NCBI RefSeq assembly: GCF_006345805.1
Contig: NC_043002.1
Location: 66,278,001-66,342,000 of the forward strand
Source of the DNA: Octopus sinensis
Taxonomy: Eukaryota
DNA: 64,000 nucleotides
Reading direction: 5' to 3'
The notes under the pieces were generated by a model. The model did not search any database and was not told where the DNA came from. It saw only the letters and a program-made list of their open reading frames with translations. This document shows positions 36,092 to 48,544 of this stretch, piece after piece. The position numbers were made by a program, and so were the translations under genes. Within the stretch, counting starts at the first letter, position 1; every line of letters begins with the position of its first letter.

Positions 36092-36530
36092 CAAGTCACC
36101 GTCGACTTACAACCACAATTGGTTCCGACTGACTGGTTGTAAGTTGATTTGATCGTAAGTCGGCCTATAGGTCTGCATAGCTTTGTTTTATATTTTTACA
36201 TTCTTAAGGTACATTCGCAGATAAAAGTCACACACAGCATTCTGTAATATACTATTATACTGGCATTAGTCAAAAATTCCAGAGTCTCAAGTAGTCATCT
36301 TATAAACAAATATGAGGTTATCTCGATGTCTCCAAGACAGGATAGCTACCCAACACAGTGGCGATTGATAACCAAACCTAGGGGAAACATTTGTCAACTG
36401 ACATCATCAATAGATGGGTTAATTTCTAAGAAATTAAACCCATTAGATTTCAGCTGGACTATTTATTATTGCTGCTGGGAGCTGGTGTGCCAATCGTAAA
36501 GTTGATCGGTCGTAAGTCGATGACAACCTG
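36092..36530. mobile_element. Tigger/pogo-like MITE
   Basis: TA|CAAGTCACCGTCGACTTACAACC ... GGTCGTAAGTCGATGACAACCTG|TA imperfect TIRs with TA TSD; internal near-palindrome ATGGGTTAATTTCTAAGAAATTAAACCCAT. Confidence 0.75.
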
Positions 36531-37541
36531 TACTGCTTAACTTATAATATATGTATGTGAACTCAGAACAACTTTGCAAGGTTCTAACATTGGCACAAGG
36601 CCAAACATTTCAAAGGATTAATATAGTTTACTCAATTAGTGCCAATGGAATTAGTAAACATTTCACAAACCATAGAGGGATGAAAGTTCATCCAGGCAGG
36701 AACCAGAACATACAGTTGTGAAATTAAATAGTACAAGACAGTCCAGTACTCTTTCATTCCTTCCTATATAATGATGGCAGTTATTCAGAACTTTGGCTTG
36801 GAGCTTTAAATTTAACCAGGCCTTGTATCTAATTTATATCAACCATAGAAAGATAAATGACAAATGTTTTGTTTATTACAGAAACAAAAAACATTTAAAT
36901 ATTCACAAGTGAATTATCTACATTTACCATTCAGGTTACATAGAACATGTTAGTTCTTAAACTTATAATTATGATGTAAAGCACACTTAATACAGAGATT
37001 CTTAGAGAATACTACCATAGCTGAGTACTGAGTGCTGTGTTTAGAATGATTATAACAGTTTGGATTGCTGCATTCTAGCCACTTTGTTATCACGCTTTTG
37101 TATATGCTGATGTAATTGAAATGTTGTACGTAACGCCCAGTTAATGAAGTGTTAACCTAGCAGCCAAGATATTCTTATAAATGGGTTTGTTCAGGTTAAC
37201 TTGACCTAGGTACAAAATATGAACACTTCAATGAAACTCCTACTACCAATTGTTTAAGGGACAAGAAATGAAAACTGCGTGCTTGCTCGATAAAATATAT
37301 ACCGAGTAATTGAAGCGTCAATAGTAATTTAAAAATCAAACCAACACTAACAGACTATAATCATAGCAGCAGCAGTAGCAGTAGTAGTAGTAGTAATGGT
37401 GGTTGTCTTATAAAGAAGCTGATATTATGAAATTTGGGGAAAAGAACAACTGAAAGGAAACTGATCACCTTACTCAAGATATCAAGTAGCTGAACTGGCC
37501 TCCTGTATTGTGTTCATTATCATGAGGAGTTTTAAATATGA

Positions 37542-37620
37542 CAATAGTTGGGAGAGGCTTCTATCTGTTTCAATAACTGGGAGAGGCCTCTATCTATTTC
37601 AATAACTGGGAGAGGTTTCT
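37542..37620. repeat. 29-bp tandem repeat, ~2.7 copies
   Basis: CAATA(GT/AC)TGGGAGAGG(CT/CC/TT)TCTATCT(G/A)TTT units at 37542, 37571 and 37600 (last partial); no spacers. Confidence 0.85.
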
Positions 37621-39247
37621 CTTGGAGTAGGTATTTAAGTTAACTTGTAGTAGTCCTTAGTATTTATATTATGTCTCTCCTGATGAAACACTAAAAATTA
37701 CAAGTTAAATCTACTATTATTTAAAGCTCAGTGTTTTATACAAGTTGAATGACAGTTACCTCAAAATTAGCTGTGCATTAAGCTTCATTAAAGTAACATG
37801 TGCTAATAATTAAGATTTTAGTTTGATAGGGTTCCAGACAACACAACAAAAAAGTGTTTAAGAGAAGTAACAGAAGTTGGAAGGAAAAAAAGAAGTAGAT
37901 TTTGTTTTGTGTAGTAAGGCAATGAAAGACTGAACTCACTCTTCCAAAATATCAGTTTCCAATACACAATCTACTTCTTACATTACACCTCTGCATGTGT
38001 GTGTAAGCAGAATTTGACACCCAAGTACTTAATAATCTTATTGACTAATATAAAGTGGTTGCTACAGTTGTTAGTGTTTAAAGTAATACCACAAGATTAT
38101 AGAGATGTATGATATTGTTGAAAGCCAATAGTTTCAACAAAGGATTACTTAATGAAGTTTTTTGTTGCATCCCACCATTATTAAAGAAACTGGCTCCATG
38201 TAGATTTAATTGAAAGAAATCTAGGCCAAATCTAGACCCCATTAGTTAATAACCTTCTCACATTATTACACTTTCAATGAAGCCAACAATGTACATGTAA
38301 AAAAAGTTTACTCTAACTCCCCTGTGCCATCCACCTCACCATATACTTTTGTATTAGCTATCACCTTTTTTCTTTGCTTTTCAGTACTTTCCTTCAGACC
38401 TTTTTGCCTCCATACATCCATCCATTCACTTGTCTTATGTCTATTTTCCCAAGCTAGCATGTATTAGACAAACATGTTATTGCAGCAATTATTCTATAGC
38501 TGGATGTCTTTCTTGATGCTAAAGTCTACCTGTTTTTCTATAACGGATTTCCCTTTTCACATGGCTTTGGAGGTATGAAACAAAGGCCAACAGGAACACT
38601 GCGTGACTGTCGTGACATTCATAAGCAAGCAGCAAATGTAAGACACATACATTCTTTCCACTGATTCATCTTCTTCAATACACTTAAACTCTCGACTATT
38701 AACACTAGATCATCCATGATAAATCCTCCTTTATACTTCTTATCAGTGCCTCTATCCCAACTACAAGTAACAATGAGATTAGTAACACCTCCAGTCTTCC
38801 AACCTTCACTTCAAATTCATCACTGTTCCTATCCTTCATTCATATAATTGTGTGTTCTCTCATGCATTTGTCATTGCTACTTTAAACAACTAATTCTCCA
38901 CTTCTAACTCTCCTAATGCTCATAGCATTGCTTCATGTGGAACCCCGTCAAAAGCTTCCCCTCACTCCAATAAACCGAACAAACGAAATATTCCTCTTAT
39001 AATTGTTTTACATTCTCTTCCTGGCATAAAACCAAATGACATTTTATTCATCTACACAGTGTGTATAGAATCTAGTTTAAAGTAAGTCCAGTACATTCCA
39101 GCAAATCGTAAGTGGTACCTAAGAGAGCTGGAGACAGGAATGGCAGCCAGCCATAAAGCACTGTCTGGAAAAGTCTTCCATTTGGTACTATATGTAAAAT
39201 AGGGTAAGCTCACAGAAATAGCATCAAATAAAAGTAATCAGAACCTA

Positions 39248-39340
<93 letters not shown>

Positions 39341-39984
39341 CTAATGATGTAAGAAAAGTAAAGTGTTATAGAAAAATACAATGGATGTGATAGTGGCTAA
39401 GAGTTCTTTAAGAGATGTGTATCCCATGACAGAGAGATGGGTGAAAGAGTTAAATAAACAAAGAAAATATGAGCAGTTTATGTATATCAACAGGTTGGGG
39501 AGAATTCAAAGAAACTTAAAGTCAGACATGGAAAAAGAACTACCAATCAACAAAATTGTTTCAATCAAAGATATTACTTTCATTGGAATTATTAATTATC
39601 CAATATATCTGCATAAATTTTTTAATTCCTCACATTATTTTACATCTATTTTGTTGGCATTATTCTATCACCATAATGAAACTTATAATACTAATGACGA
39701 AATTTCTGACTTCAGTATGTTTCAGGAGCAAGTATCTTGACATTTGAATTCTCATTCCATAAAAGGAACCATGGAAAAAAAAATTTCAGTCAAAGAAGAG
39801 TTGCAATCAGGTTAACTGAAGTATTATTATTCTACAGGTCCAAATACATCTACAATCTAAATTCACTATTAAATTTAATGATTAAGTTGAATTGTAGAGA
39901 AGTTAAGTTACTATGTTTACATGTTCATCAGGAACATATAGGAGGAAATGTGAGGGTGTAGTGGAAAAAAAAAAAAAAAAGTAC

Positions 39985-40111
39985 CTTCATTTCTTGCAGA
40001 CTGCATTTCTGCAAAGGTGCATCAAGCATGACATCCTTGCCTGTAGCCCATTCTTCGTGAATGTTACACTTGTGGCGGAATTTCTGGGCCAAATGGTCCA
40101 GTCTCTCCAAC
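39985..40111 (-). CDS. Actn: alpha-actinin exon (spectrin repeat 2)
   Basis: (R)LERLDHLAQKFRHKCNIHEEWATGKDVMLDAPLQKCSLQEMK; tttcag/gtactt; 127 nt. Confidence 0.97.
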
Positions 40112-40333
40112 CTGAAAAGCAATGCAGCATTTTTAGAGATTTTTATGTCTGCACAAAACTTGATAAATATTTCGGGGATAGAAATGATAAGATGAGACAT
40201 TTGTGTCTTTCTCAAGAGCATTAACACATTAACTGAATTGATATTAATCAAATGCTAGTCTTGTTGAGCACTTCGTTCCACAATGTGGTGCTTAGCAAAC
40301 TTTATTAAATAGCAACAAAGAAATAAACATTAC

Positions 40334-40410
40334 CTCTGCAGCTCAGACAATAGCCATTCTTCGAAACCTTTTTCTGCAGACTCAAGACCTTTCCATGCAA
40401 AGACAATATC
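40334..40410 (-). CDS. Actn: alpha-actinin exon (spectrin repeat 1 end)
   Basis: DIVFAWKGLESAEKGFEEWLLSELQ(R); tattag/gtaatg; 77 nt. Confidence 0.97.
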
Positions 40411-41074
40411 CTAATATAAAAATAACAGAAAACAAAGAGATAATAATAGATTTATAATTCATTAGTTATATTTTTAGTGGGATAAAATCTTTACCTTTGC
40501 TAAATTCATATCAATACACTTAATAAGAACAAAGTAAAAGGAAATAGAAAACACTCCAAATGAATTCAACATAAATTATTTTATGACAATGGTTTTTAAC
40601 AGTCATTACCAAAATGTTTGTTACTTCAAAGTTCTGTTCATACAAAGGTGTTGCCAGTTTTAATTTCTATTTGTGAGTTCAATATTGGCAAATCAACAAA
40701 TAACCCTGAGATGTGCTAATGGCTATTATAAAAATTTGGCTGACTGCAAATTGCAATTTCTTAAATTCAACATTGCTCTCTGTTGGTATTAAGGGAATCG
40801 TGTAAGCAGAGGTCATTAAGAATAATCTGCATCATTACATCCTTCATGCAGTACATAACAATTCTTGGCAAGAAACCTTTCGTAATAGTTAAGATTCCTT
40901 TAAGCTATTTACTCTTTGGTTTGTAAGGGTCTGAAGCAATCTGGACATTTTACTGATGATATCCCACTGTTATTCAGAATGTAAAGACATATGAATAATG
41001 AAATAGACGAAAGCAGTTTGAAAGAAGAAAATAATGTGAAAGAGTGAAGTGAAATATTAACGAGATATTCTTAC

Positions 41075-41305
41075 CCCAACAGTCTTGCCTTCAGTAGGCA
41101 GATAGGCTGGACGATTGCTGAGTCGGAGGCGTGTCTGCAAGGTGTTAAAACTGTTCTCCAGTCGGGCTTTATCTTCCAGCTTTGGTGGTTTATGTTTACG
41201 GCGATAATCTCGGAATTCTTCAAGCTTCTTCTGTGTTCCAGGGAGAGTGTTATCTGTGTGTCTATTTTCTAGCCAGGGAGTAGTTTTACGGATCCAGGCA
41301 AGGAG
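41075..41305 (-). CDS. Actn: alpha-actinin exon (spectrin repeat 1)
   Basis: [77 protein letters not shown]; tttcag/gtaaga; 231 nt. Confidence 0.98.
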
Positions 41306-41499
41306 CTGAAAAGATAGAACGAGAAAGGTCAATCTTTTGAAAATTTTTTTTAAAAAAGCTAAAGTGTACTAAATTTAGTGAAGGTCAATTGTATTATCTC
41401 CTCCCCAACTACTTAAAAAAATTTACTAATTGGCAGGTAATCTACCTGGATAGAGACAGATATTGAAAGCCTTAACTACAACTGAAGGAAAGAACAATT

Positions 41500-41704
41500 C
41501 AGCATTCAGATTACTCTGTCAAATGCAATGCTTATTCTATTTGGTTTCAATTAATCATGCATCATCTCACAGCTTCAAGATTTTGATGATGTGATTGTTT
41601 AATTTTAGACTGACATTGTATGGTTGGTATGAGAGGCAAGATCTGGCCAGATTGAGCACACAACAGGTAGAACTATTTGGGTCGGATAAGAAAATGCTGA
41701 AGGG
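41500..41704 (+). mobile_element. piggyBac-like MITE
   Basis: AGCATTCAGATTACTCTGTCAAATGCAATGC ... ATCTGGCCAG ... ATGCTGAAGGG|TTAA; same family as 51616. Confidence 0.55.
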
Positions 41705-42148
41705 TTAAACTTATGAAACTCATCCATCTCTACAAGCTACAACCAATTGAATGGCTAGAAAAAGTGACAAAGTAATTTGTCAGGTAGTATCTAATTTCCT
41801 ATGAACAAATGCCATCATATGATGCCATACTTAAAGCAACTGTTGATACTACCCACATCTAGCTCAACATTCTAAAACCATTTAAAATCTTTTTTTCAAT
41901 GTTGGCATTACCAATAGCTTATATTTTATGTCAGAACTGTTAAAAGGTTGAAAATCCATTTTCAATGGGGAAACTCAAAGTAAATAAAGCTATAAGTAAT
42001 AGTGTTTAAATATGGGGGTTAAAAACGCCTTTTGACATTTTTTTATCCAAAGTTTTTTTTTTTTAATACACTTATTGTTTATAGTTCTATCTACTTTGAG
42101 TTTAATGCCAAAAACAAATTATTTCACACTCTCTCGAAGTTTCTAAAT

Positions 42149-42321
42149 CAGCAGTTCTCAACCATGGCTCCCAGAGCTGCATGCAACCCATAACAGTCTT
42201 CCCTCAACAAATATAGTAAATTTTTCTTTAATTGACTTGTGTTTAACTTTTTTTGGTGTGGCCCCTAAAAAAATCCAGGCTTTGGATTGAGCCTGAATAT
42301 TAAAAAGGTTAAGAATCGCTA
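42149..42321. mobile_element. hAT/Charlie-like MITE
   Basis: CAGCAGTTCTCAACC ... GGTTAAGAATCGCTA TIRs; 8-bp TSD-like TTCTAAAT / GTCTAAAA. Confidence 0.7.
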
Positions 42322-43449
42322 GTCTAAAATCTTATTTTAAGAGGTTATTTTATATTTTTTTCATTGTTATAAGTTTATAAAGAGCCATATTGTAATCCTG
42401 CCAATTCTACAACCATAGGAACTGAGTGGCTCCCTCTATGGTTGAAAAACTGTTGCCATAGAGAATTAGCTGCTGATTGACTAGTATCTTATTCTCCACC
42501 ACCATCACCATCTTCTTTTAAACTGAATGGTATCAAAACTGGCTACATGAATGAATTTGCCTTTGGGAGTGATTTGACATTAGCTAGGCTTATGTAAACG
42601 TGGCTGCTTACAGAAAAGTTGATTTTTGCAAAACTTGTTTACGCTAGGAAAAGAAATTGGTTGCACCACAAATGGAAAAAGGCGAGATGAAAATGTTTTA
42701 TTCGGATATAATAATAGTAAAGTTGTTATTTTTAGATATAGAGTTACTCTTACTACTTGTGTAAAACCCATTGTTTACAGAGTTTCTCCAGACAATATAT
42801 ATTTAGAATTTTATATTTTTTACTAGAATATTCTATGCAGGGAAGGAGAGCTACATGATTTTATTTGGTTTAAAACATTTATTTAAAATGTGTTTTGAGA
42901 TTCTGCAGAGGAAGGAAGGGGAGGGAGGGAGAGAGAGATTTAAACGTGAACTACAGGTGTTACTCTCATTTCTACTGACTAATAATTAGTTTTAAGCAGG
43001 TCTCTCCAACTTGTTATTCGTGCAGATGATTTTAAAAGTTATTTCTTCATTTCTAAAATTGAAAACTATGAACAGCTACAGGAAAAGAAAAAAAAAAAAA
43101 GAAAAATGATATGTTCAAGCACATTTATACATATATGCACTCAAATTTCTGTTTAAAGTATAAAGTTATTGATGTCGAGTGCAAGAGGAAATATGGAGTT
43201 GAATAGCCAGTGACCTAGTTTCAATTCCTGTTTATTTTATATTCCATTTTGATTTTAGTGAATGACAAGTGTTACTGTGACTGGTTACAGTTTTCCAATG
43301 GGCCAATAACTGTCAAAAATCAAACCAAATGGTTGCAAAAGTCAACTTGTTAAGCACACAGCCCCGCTCTGCATGGCACCCATCTCATTTCAGCTTTGTT
43401 TCTCATCCCTTTGAGAGAGATAAGGACATTAAACAATCTCATACACCAG

Positions 43450-43640
43450 CATCATGTTTTAATGTCCATATTCCATAATGGCATGGGTTGGATGGCTTGA
43501 CAGGATTTGATGGGCCCAAGGATAGTGTGCTCTGGTGTCTGTTTTGGCATAGTTTTACAGATGGGTGTCCTTCCAAATGATAATCACTTTACTGCATGTA
43601 CTGGGTGCTGGTTTCAAGCCACCAGTACTACCGTAACCTC
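43450..43640 (-). mobile_element. Nin-domain SINE remnant
   Basis: CATCATGTTTTAATGTCCAT..CCAT..TGGCATGGGTTGGATGG ... GATGGGTGTCCTTCCAAATG, the reverse complement of the 31205-31400 family. Confidence 0.65.
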
Positions 43641-44699
43641 ACCGTGCAGTTTGCAAGGCTGTGAACTCTTAAGAGAGAGAAAAGGGCTGGAGTACAACAG
43701 GTTCCTTGCTGTGAAGGAGCTGCTTGATAGCTCACATTTTAGAAGAAAGGGTCAGGAGAGTGGAGCTGGAGTGTAAGGAAATAAAAAAAAGGCAACGAGG
43801 TGTCAGAGTAGATCTTCAAGGTGGGTAGGAATGAGTGAGGCAGAGGTATAAAAATTTATGATGGTCTTCCAGAATAAGAATTCATTAAGTTGTTTATGAC
43901 CAACTTTTTTATTCTGTGGCAAACTGGCATCTCTTCTGATTATTATCTCTAATGTGTCACATTAAGTAGAGCAGTAGAGCAGACAGTAAACTTGACAAAC
44001 AACTCAATGGCTAACTGCTTTTAGTTTGGAAAGCGTTAACCAACTCCCTTTAATGTCTCACAAATAGTAAATAGTTGTAGGTGTAGCAACAATAGCAAAT
44101 GGAGATAGTGATCTTGATTTCCATTTCACAAATAGTTTGGCTGACACTAAAATATGACATATGTTCATTCTGAAAGTTGCTTAAAGCTGTTCTCCAGCTT
44201 AAAAGGTTCCCCAGCAAGCATTCTCATTAGTCACCACAATGCAGCAGAATTTGTTTAACTACTACAACCATAACCAATCCATGGCGCAACTACTACGATT
44301 ACTAGTAATAAACTAACAATGATATTTAATACTTTCACTTGTAATAGTGTATAGTCAAGATACTAAGCACAATGCTAATGATCCAGAGGCCACGAAATAG
44401 CTCTTTGTGAAAAGAGAAAGTTAAGTTGGTTGACAAGTCTAGCTTACAGAACAGCATATGCTACTTCATGGTTGACTGACATATAGGAAAGTAATCAACC
44501 ATAAAGCCCTTGCTCTATCAATTTATGCACTTAACCTATTAACCTGACAATAAAACACCCAATCAACTCATGACAGAATGGAAAGAAAACTGATGCAATA
44601 AGTTAGTAAAAATGAACATGTATCTATTATTAAATTTTAGATTAAATCAGTAATATATAAACAAAAGATTGTATTTAAATAAATAAAAAAAAAATATAT

Positions 44700-45090
44700 A
44701 TTCTTTTACTTGTTTCAGTCATTTGACTGTGGCCAGGCAGGAGCACCCTTTAGTCAAGCAAATCAATCTCAAAATTTATTCTTTGTAAGCCTAGTACTTG
44801 TTCTATCAGCCTCTTTTGCTGAACTGTGAAGTTATGGGGATGTAAACACACCAGCATTGGTTGTCAAGTGATGTTGGAGGGACAAACACAGACATACAAA
44901 TGCATACATACATATATATACACACACGACGGGCTTCTTTCAGTTTCTGCCTCCCAAATCCACTCACAAGGCTTTGGTTGGCCCAAGGCTATATCGAAGA
45001 CACTTGCCCAAGGTGCCATGCAGTGGGACTGAACCCAGAACAATGTGGTTGATAAGCAAGCTACTTATCACAGTCACTCCTGTGCCTATG
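44700..45090 (-). mobile_element. SINE family A
   Basis: Full reverse-complement match from TTCTTTTACTTGTTTCAGTC to CACAGTCACTCCTGTGCC. Confidence 0.9.
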
Positions 45091-46418
45091 TTGACAAGAA
45101 TTTAAAATTATTCCTAAAGCCATATCCAATTGTAGTTTGTAAAGAAAGAAAAATTCTCATTTATTTCGTTAACTCTTTTACATTGGTATTTCATTAACTT
45201 AACTGCAGAAAGCAGTTTTATATACCAATCTATCTTTTGTTGAGATATGTGAAGTTTATTGAGGAAATGGGACTTGCAGAAAACACCATTTCTATTTTTT
45301 CAATTGATATTTAACAACATTACTGAAATAAACATGAAATTTAATTTTTGCCATTAAAGGGTTAATATTTAAAGTGTTGGTGGTTAAGGAGTAAGGCTCC
45401 TATATGTGTTAAATCCAAGACATCATTCTTGATTCCTCAGTTAGTGACTGTCCATTTCATTTCTGTCATCACTGCTCTAATGAAAAGCATGAATGTCACA
45501 AATTCAATAACCTACTATGAAACACCTTTGGCTTTCAGCTTACGCCAGAACTCAGTATCTACTTCTGAATGTGAGATGTCAAAATGTTGCTTGCTGAGTT
45601 CACATGATACAATTGAGTCTAGGACATTTACCCTCACCATGGACAACAGATGATGATTTAAAACTTCGTAATATATTGGAGGGGGGGGGGTAATTAACCA
45701 AGGTGGGTAATTATCCTGAGGAAAGTTGACTTCGGGGAGAATTGTCCTGATACGATACAATTATCTCTGACCACTGCTGACAGTGTACAACTGACAGTAT
45801 GGCTTAATCTTTACAGGTCAGCATGGCAATGCAGATGATAATATGGCAACTCAACAATAGTGAAATGTTATCATTCATAGCTTAATGGTACATTCCTCAC
45901 ATGCATTATCTACAAAGAGAATGCCTCTCCCAAGACAATTTCTGCAGTGAAAATCTTTTTACATTTGAGTGTACACAAACATGTTAAACATAACTGTACA
46001 CACCTATATTTCAATCAATGCTGATTAGTGTGGTGTTAGTTAATTAATTCCTGCTTGAAAAAGTTTTGCACACATCAGCAAATTTACTATTTACTGTTTA
46101 AATATAAGAACAGATCTGGTATCCATAACTGATAAAGATAATGCAGAAAAACACGTCCTATGGTTCAATGACCTCATTCATAGCTCAGTGGTGAGTTTTT
46201 TTACACACATTGTCTATAAGGAGAATTTCTCCTTCAAGACAGCTTCTACAGCAAAGGGCTTTCAACATTTCATTGTTCACAAATGTTTTAAACAAAGAAA
46301 ATAACCATCAAGAAGAGTCTATCCCTTCATTATGTTTCACCAGATCCAACTTGACAGATACTATCCTGTGACATATAGATAAAGAGATAAAGAAGAAGTT
46401 GTATCTTTTATGACTTAC

Positions 46419-46511
46419 ATCACTGGCAAGTTTCTCGTATTCTTCCATAAGCCTCTCATTTTCTTGATTGATCTTCAGTACCTTGCAAATTCTGTTGGCA
46501 GCAGTTTCAGC
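46419..46511 (-). CDS. Actn: alpha-actinin exon (neck; equivalent to vertebrate exon 9)
   Basis: [31 protein letters not shown]; atgtag/gtaagt; 93 nt. Confidence 0.98.
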
Positions 46512-46635
46512 CTACATATAAAAATTCAGAGCATTAAACAAGCAAGTAACAATAATTATGTTTAAGAAATGTAGTAAAGAGTATGAGGATTCTACAGCTA
46601 TGTTCCCATTAATTTGTCTGTCTGAACATGCATAT

Positions 46636-46760
46636 GTGTAGCTCAATGGTTAGGTTGCGGCACTCAAGATTGCAAGAGTGAGGTTTCAATTCCTGGACCA
46701 GGCAGAGTGCTGTGTTCTTGAGCAAAGTACTTTCTTTTATGTTGCTCAGTGATTACTTTG
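46636..46760 (+). mobile_element. tRNA-derived SINE with V-like domain
   Basis: TAGCTCAATGGTTAGG A box, GGTTTCAATTCC B box, GTGTTCTTGAGCAAAGTACTT. Confidence 0.65.
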
Positions 46761-47952
46761 GCATCTGATGTGTGGCAATATGATATTTGATGGGGGGGTG
46801 GACTCGTGTAGAGCACAAACAAATCCTCTGTGTAGGTCAACAAGAAGTTGCAGAACCCTCATCTGTTGTTTATGACAGGAGAGTCCATTGTGTATGTGCA
46901 TACACATATGCAACCAGTACAGAAAGGAAAACTGTTTCAAAATATTTTAAAGCATTTATTTTAACTGTGCACAATTTAAAGGCTCTTGTTCATAAATGGC
47001 CAATTATTGTGTTGTGTTCATTGCAAAGCATTTTCAAGATAACAATATTTAAATTTAAAACTCCATGAGATATATATATCCAAATTATTTTAATGTTATC
47101 TGAGTTATATGTACTCAAGAATTCAATGTCCTGATGCATTTTAGTTGAGCCAGAAAGATTTTGCACATTGAAGAAATCAAATAAAATTTAAACCAGAAAT
47201 TAATAGTACCAGTTAAAAAATTAAAATGGTCGCAATAATTTTAATGAATACACTTTTGTAACATCATCTATGTGACTTTGAGAGGTTTTCTTATTATATT
47301 GACAGGAAAGTCACACTGCTGTAACAGAAAGGGTGGTGTTAGGAAGGCCACAGAGGCGGGCATGAGAAGAAAACACATGGTAAAAGTTGACACAATGTCA
47401 AAGCTAACGTGGTAGGACAGCCATCAGTATTTATCTCATATATACAATCTAGAGCTTCTAATATTACTTACTACATACACTCATACATGCATAATTGTAC
47501 TGCAATCAATGACGTGTATGTCATAATGTAATGTGCAACAGACTGCAGCCTTTTCTTTCATACTCTAAATAAAAATAAACAAACTGTGTTACTTTATCAA
47601 AAGCAGAAAAAGAAGGGCTGTGTCTTATGAATATTTTTTTCTATAAGGACCTTTTAAATAACATTAAAAGGGAGGTGGGAATCAGAAGACTAGCAGTTGA
47701 TTTATAACTGCAAACTGGGCTACAAGATCAATGCTTGAAACGTTGTACAGATGCTAAGTGTTTGTCAGCTATAAAATAAACAGGCAGCTTGTGCTGGATT
47801 ATTGACAAAACAATATGTTATGGCTGCCTTCAACTAAGCTGATCTTTTATGAAGACAAGAGAGTAAAGCTGATTGGGTTAACTCGCGTAACTGGTCGAGT
47901 AATTAAGAGGAGAAGGGCTAGTGGAAATTCAATAGAAAAGAAGTGATTGTAC

Positions 47953-48038
47953 CTGTTGGGCACCAGAGAAAGCGTGGTAGTAAGAGGATACATAAGCCAT
48001 AACAGATCTTTCATCTGGCTTCACTGAGTTGACCATAT
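47953..48038 (-). CDS. Actn: alpha-actinin exon (CH2 end; equivalent to vertebrate exon 8)
   Basis: (D)MVNSVKPDERSVMAYVSSYYHAFSGAQQ; ttacag/gtacaa; 86 nt, phase 1/0. Confidence 0.98.
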
Positions 48039-48544
48039 CTGTAAATCAGAGAAAAGAGAGAAAATATGAATAGCTGGTCAAATGAACAAAGAAAACAGAA
48101 AGTCCACAATTAATATTATTACCTTGTAAGGTTAGATGAGAAATCAAGGTTTTTTCTTTCTTTCAATTTTAAACAAACTGAATCAATAATTTTGTTTATA
48201 GTAATGTTAAGGTTGTAATATATACCCTGTTACTATAGAAAGTTGGTGTATATTTAGGACTAATGTTTTATTGCTGTTCTACAAACATCTCGGAAAGCTT
48301 TATTATCACACATTACTGACAAGGAGGGGTGTAACAATAAACAAGAAATGATACAAGACAAAGAAAATCCTTTTGTCCTCTTCTCATGGTACAACCTTTC
48401 TAGTGCCAGTAGCATAAGATATATCCAGCACACACTGTATAATTTAAGAATGTCCATACACATTGTCTATAAGGAGAATTTCTCTTTCATTACAGTTACT
48501 GTAGCAAAATCCTCTCCATATTTGAGTGTACACAAGCATAATCA

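Noticed and set aside
37542-37620. 29-bp repeats of CRISPR-like length
   Set aside because: Contiguous tandem units with no spacers, in a eukaryotic intron.
39381-39740. 119-aa plus-strand ORF
   Set aside because: AT-rich intron, antisense to actinin; no domain or splice support.
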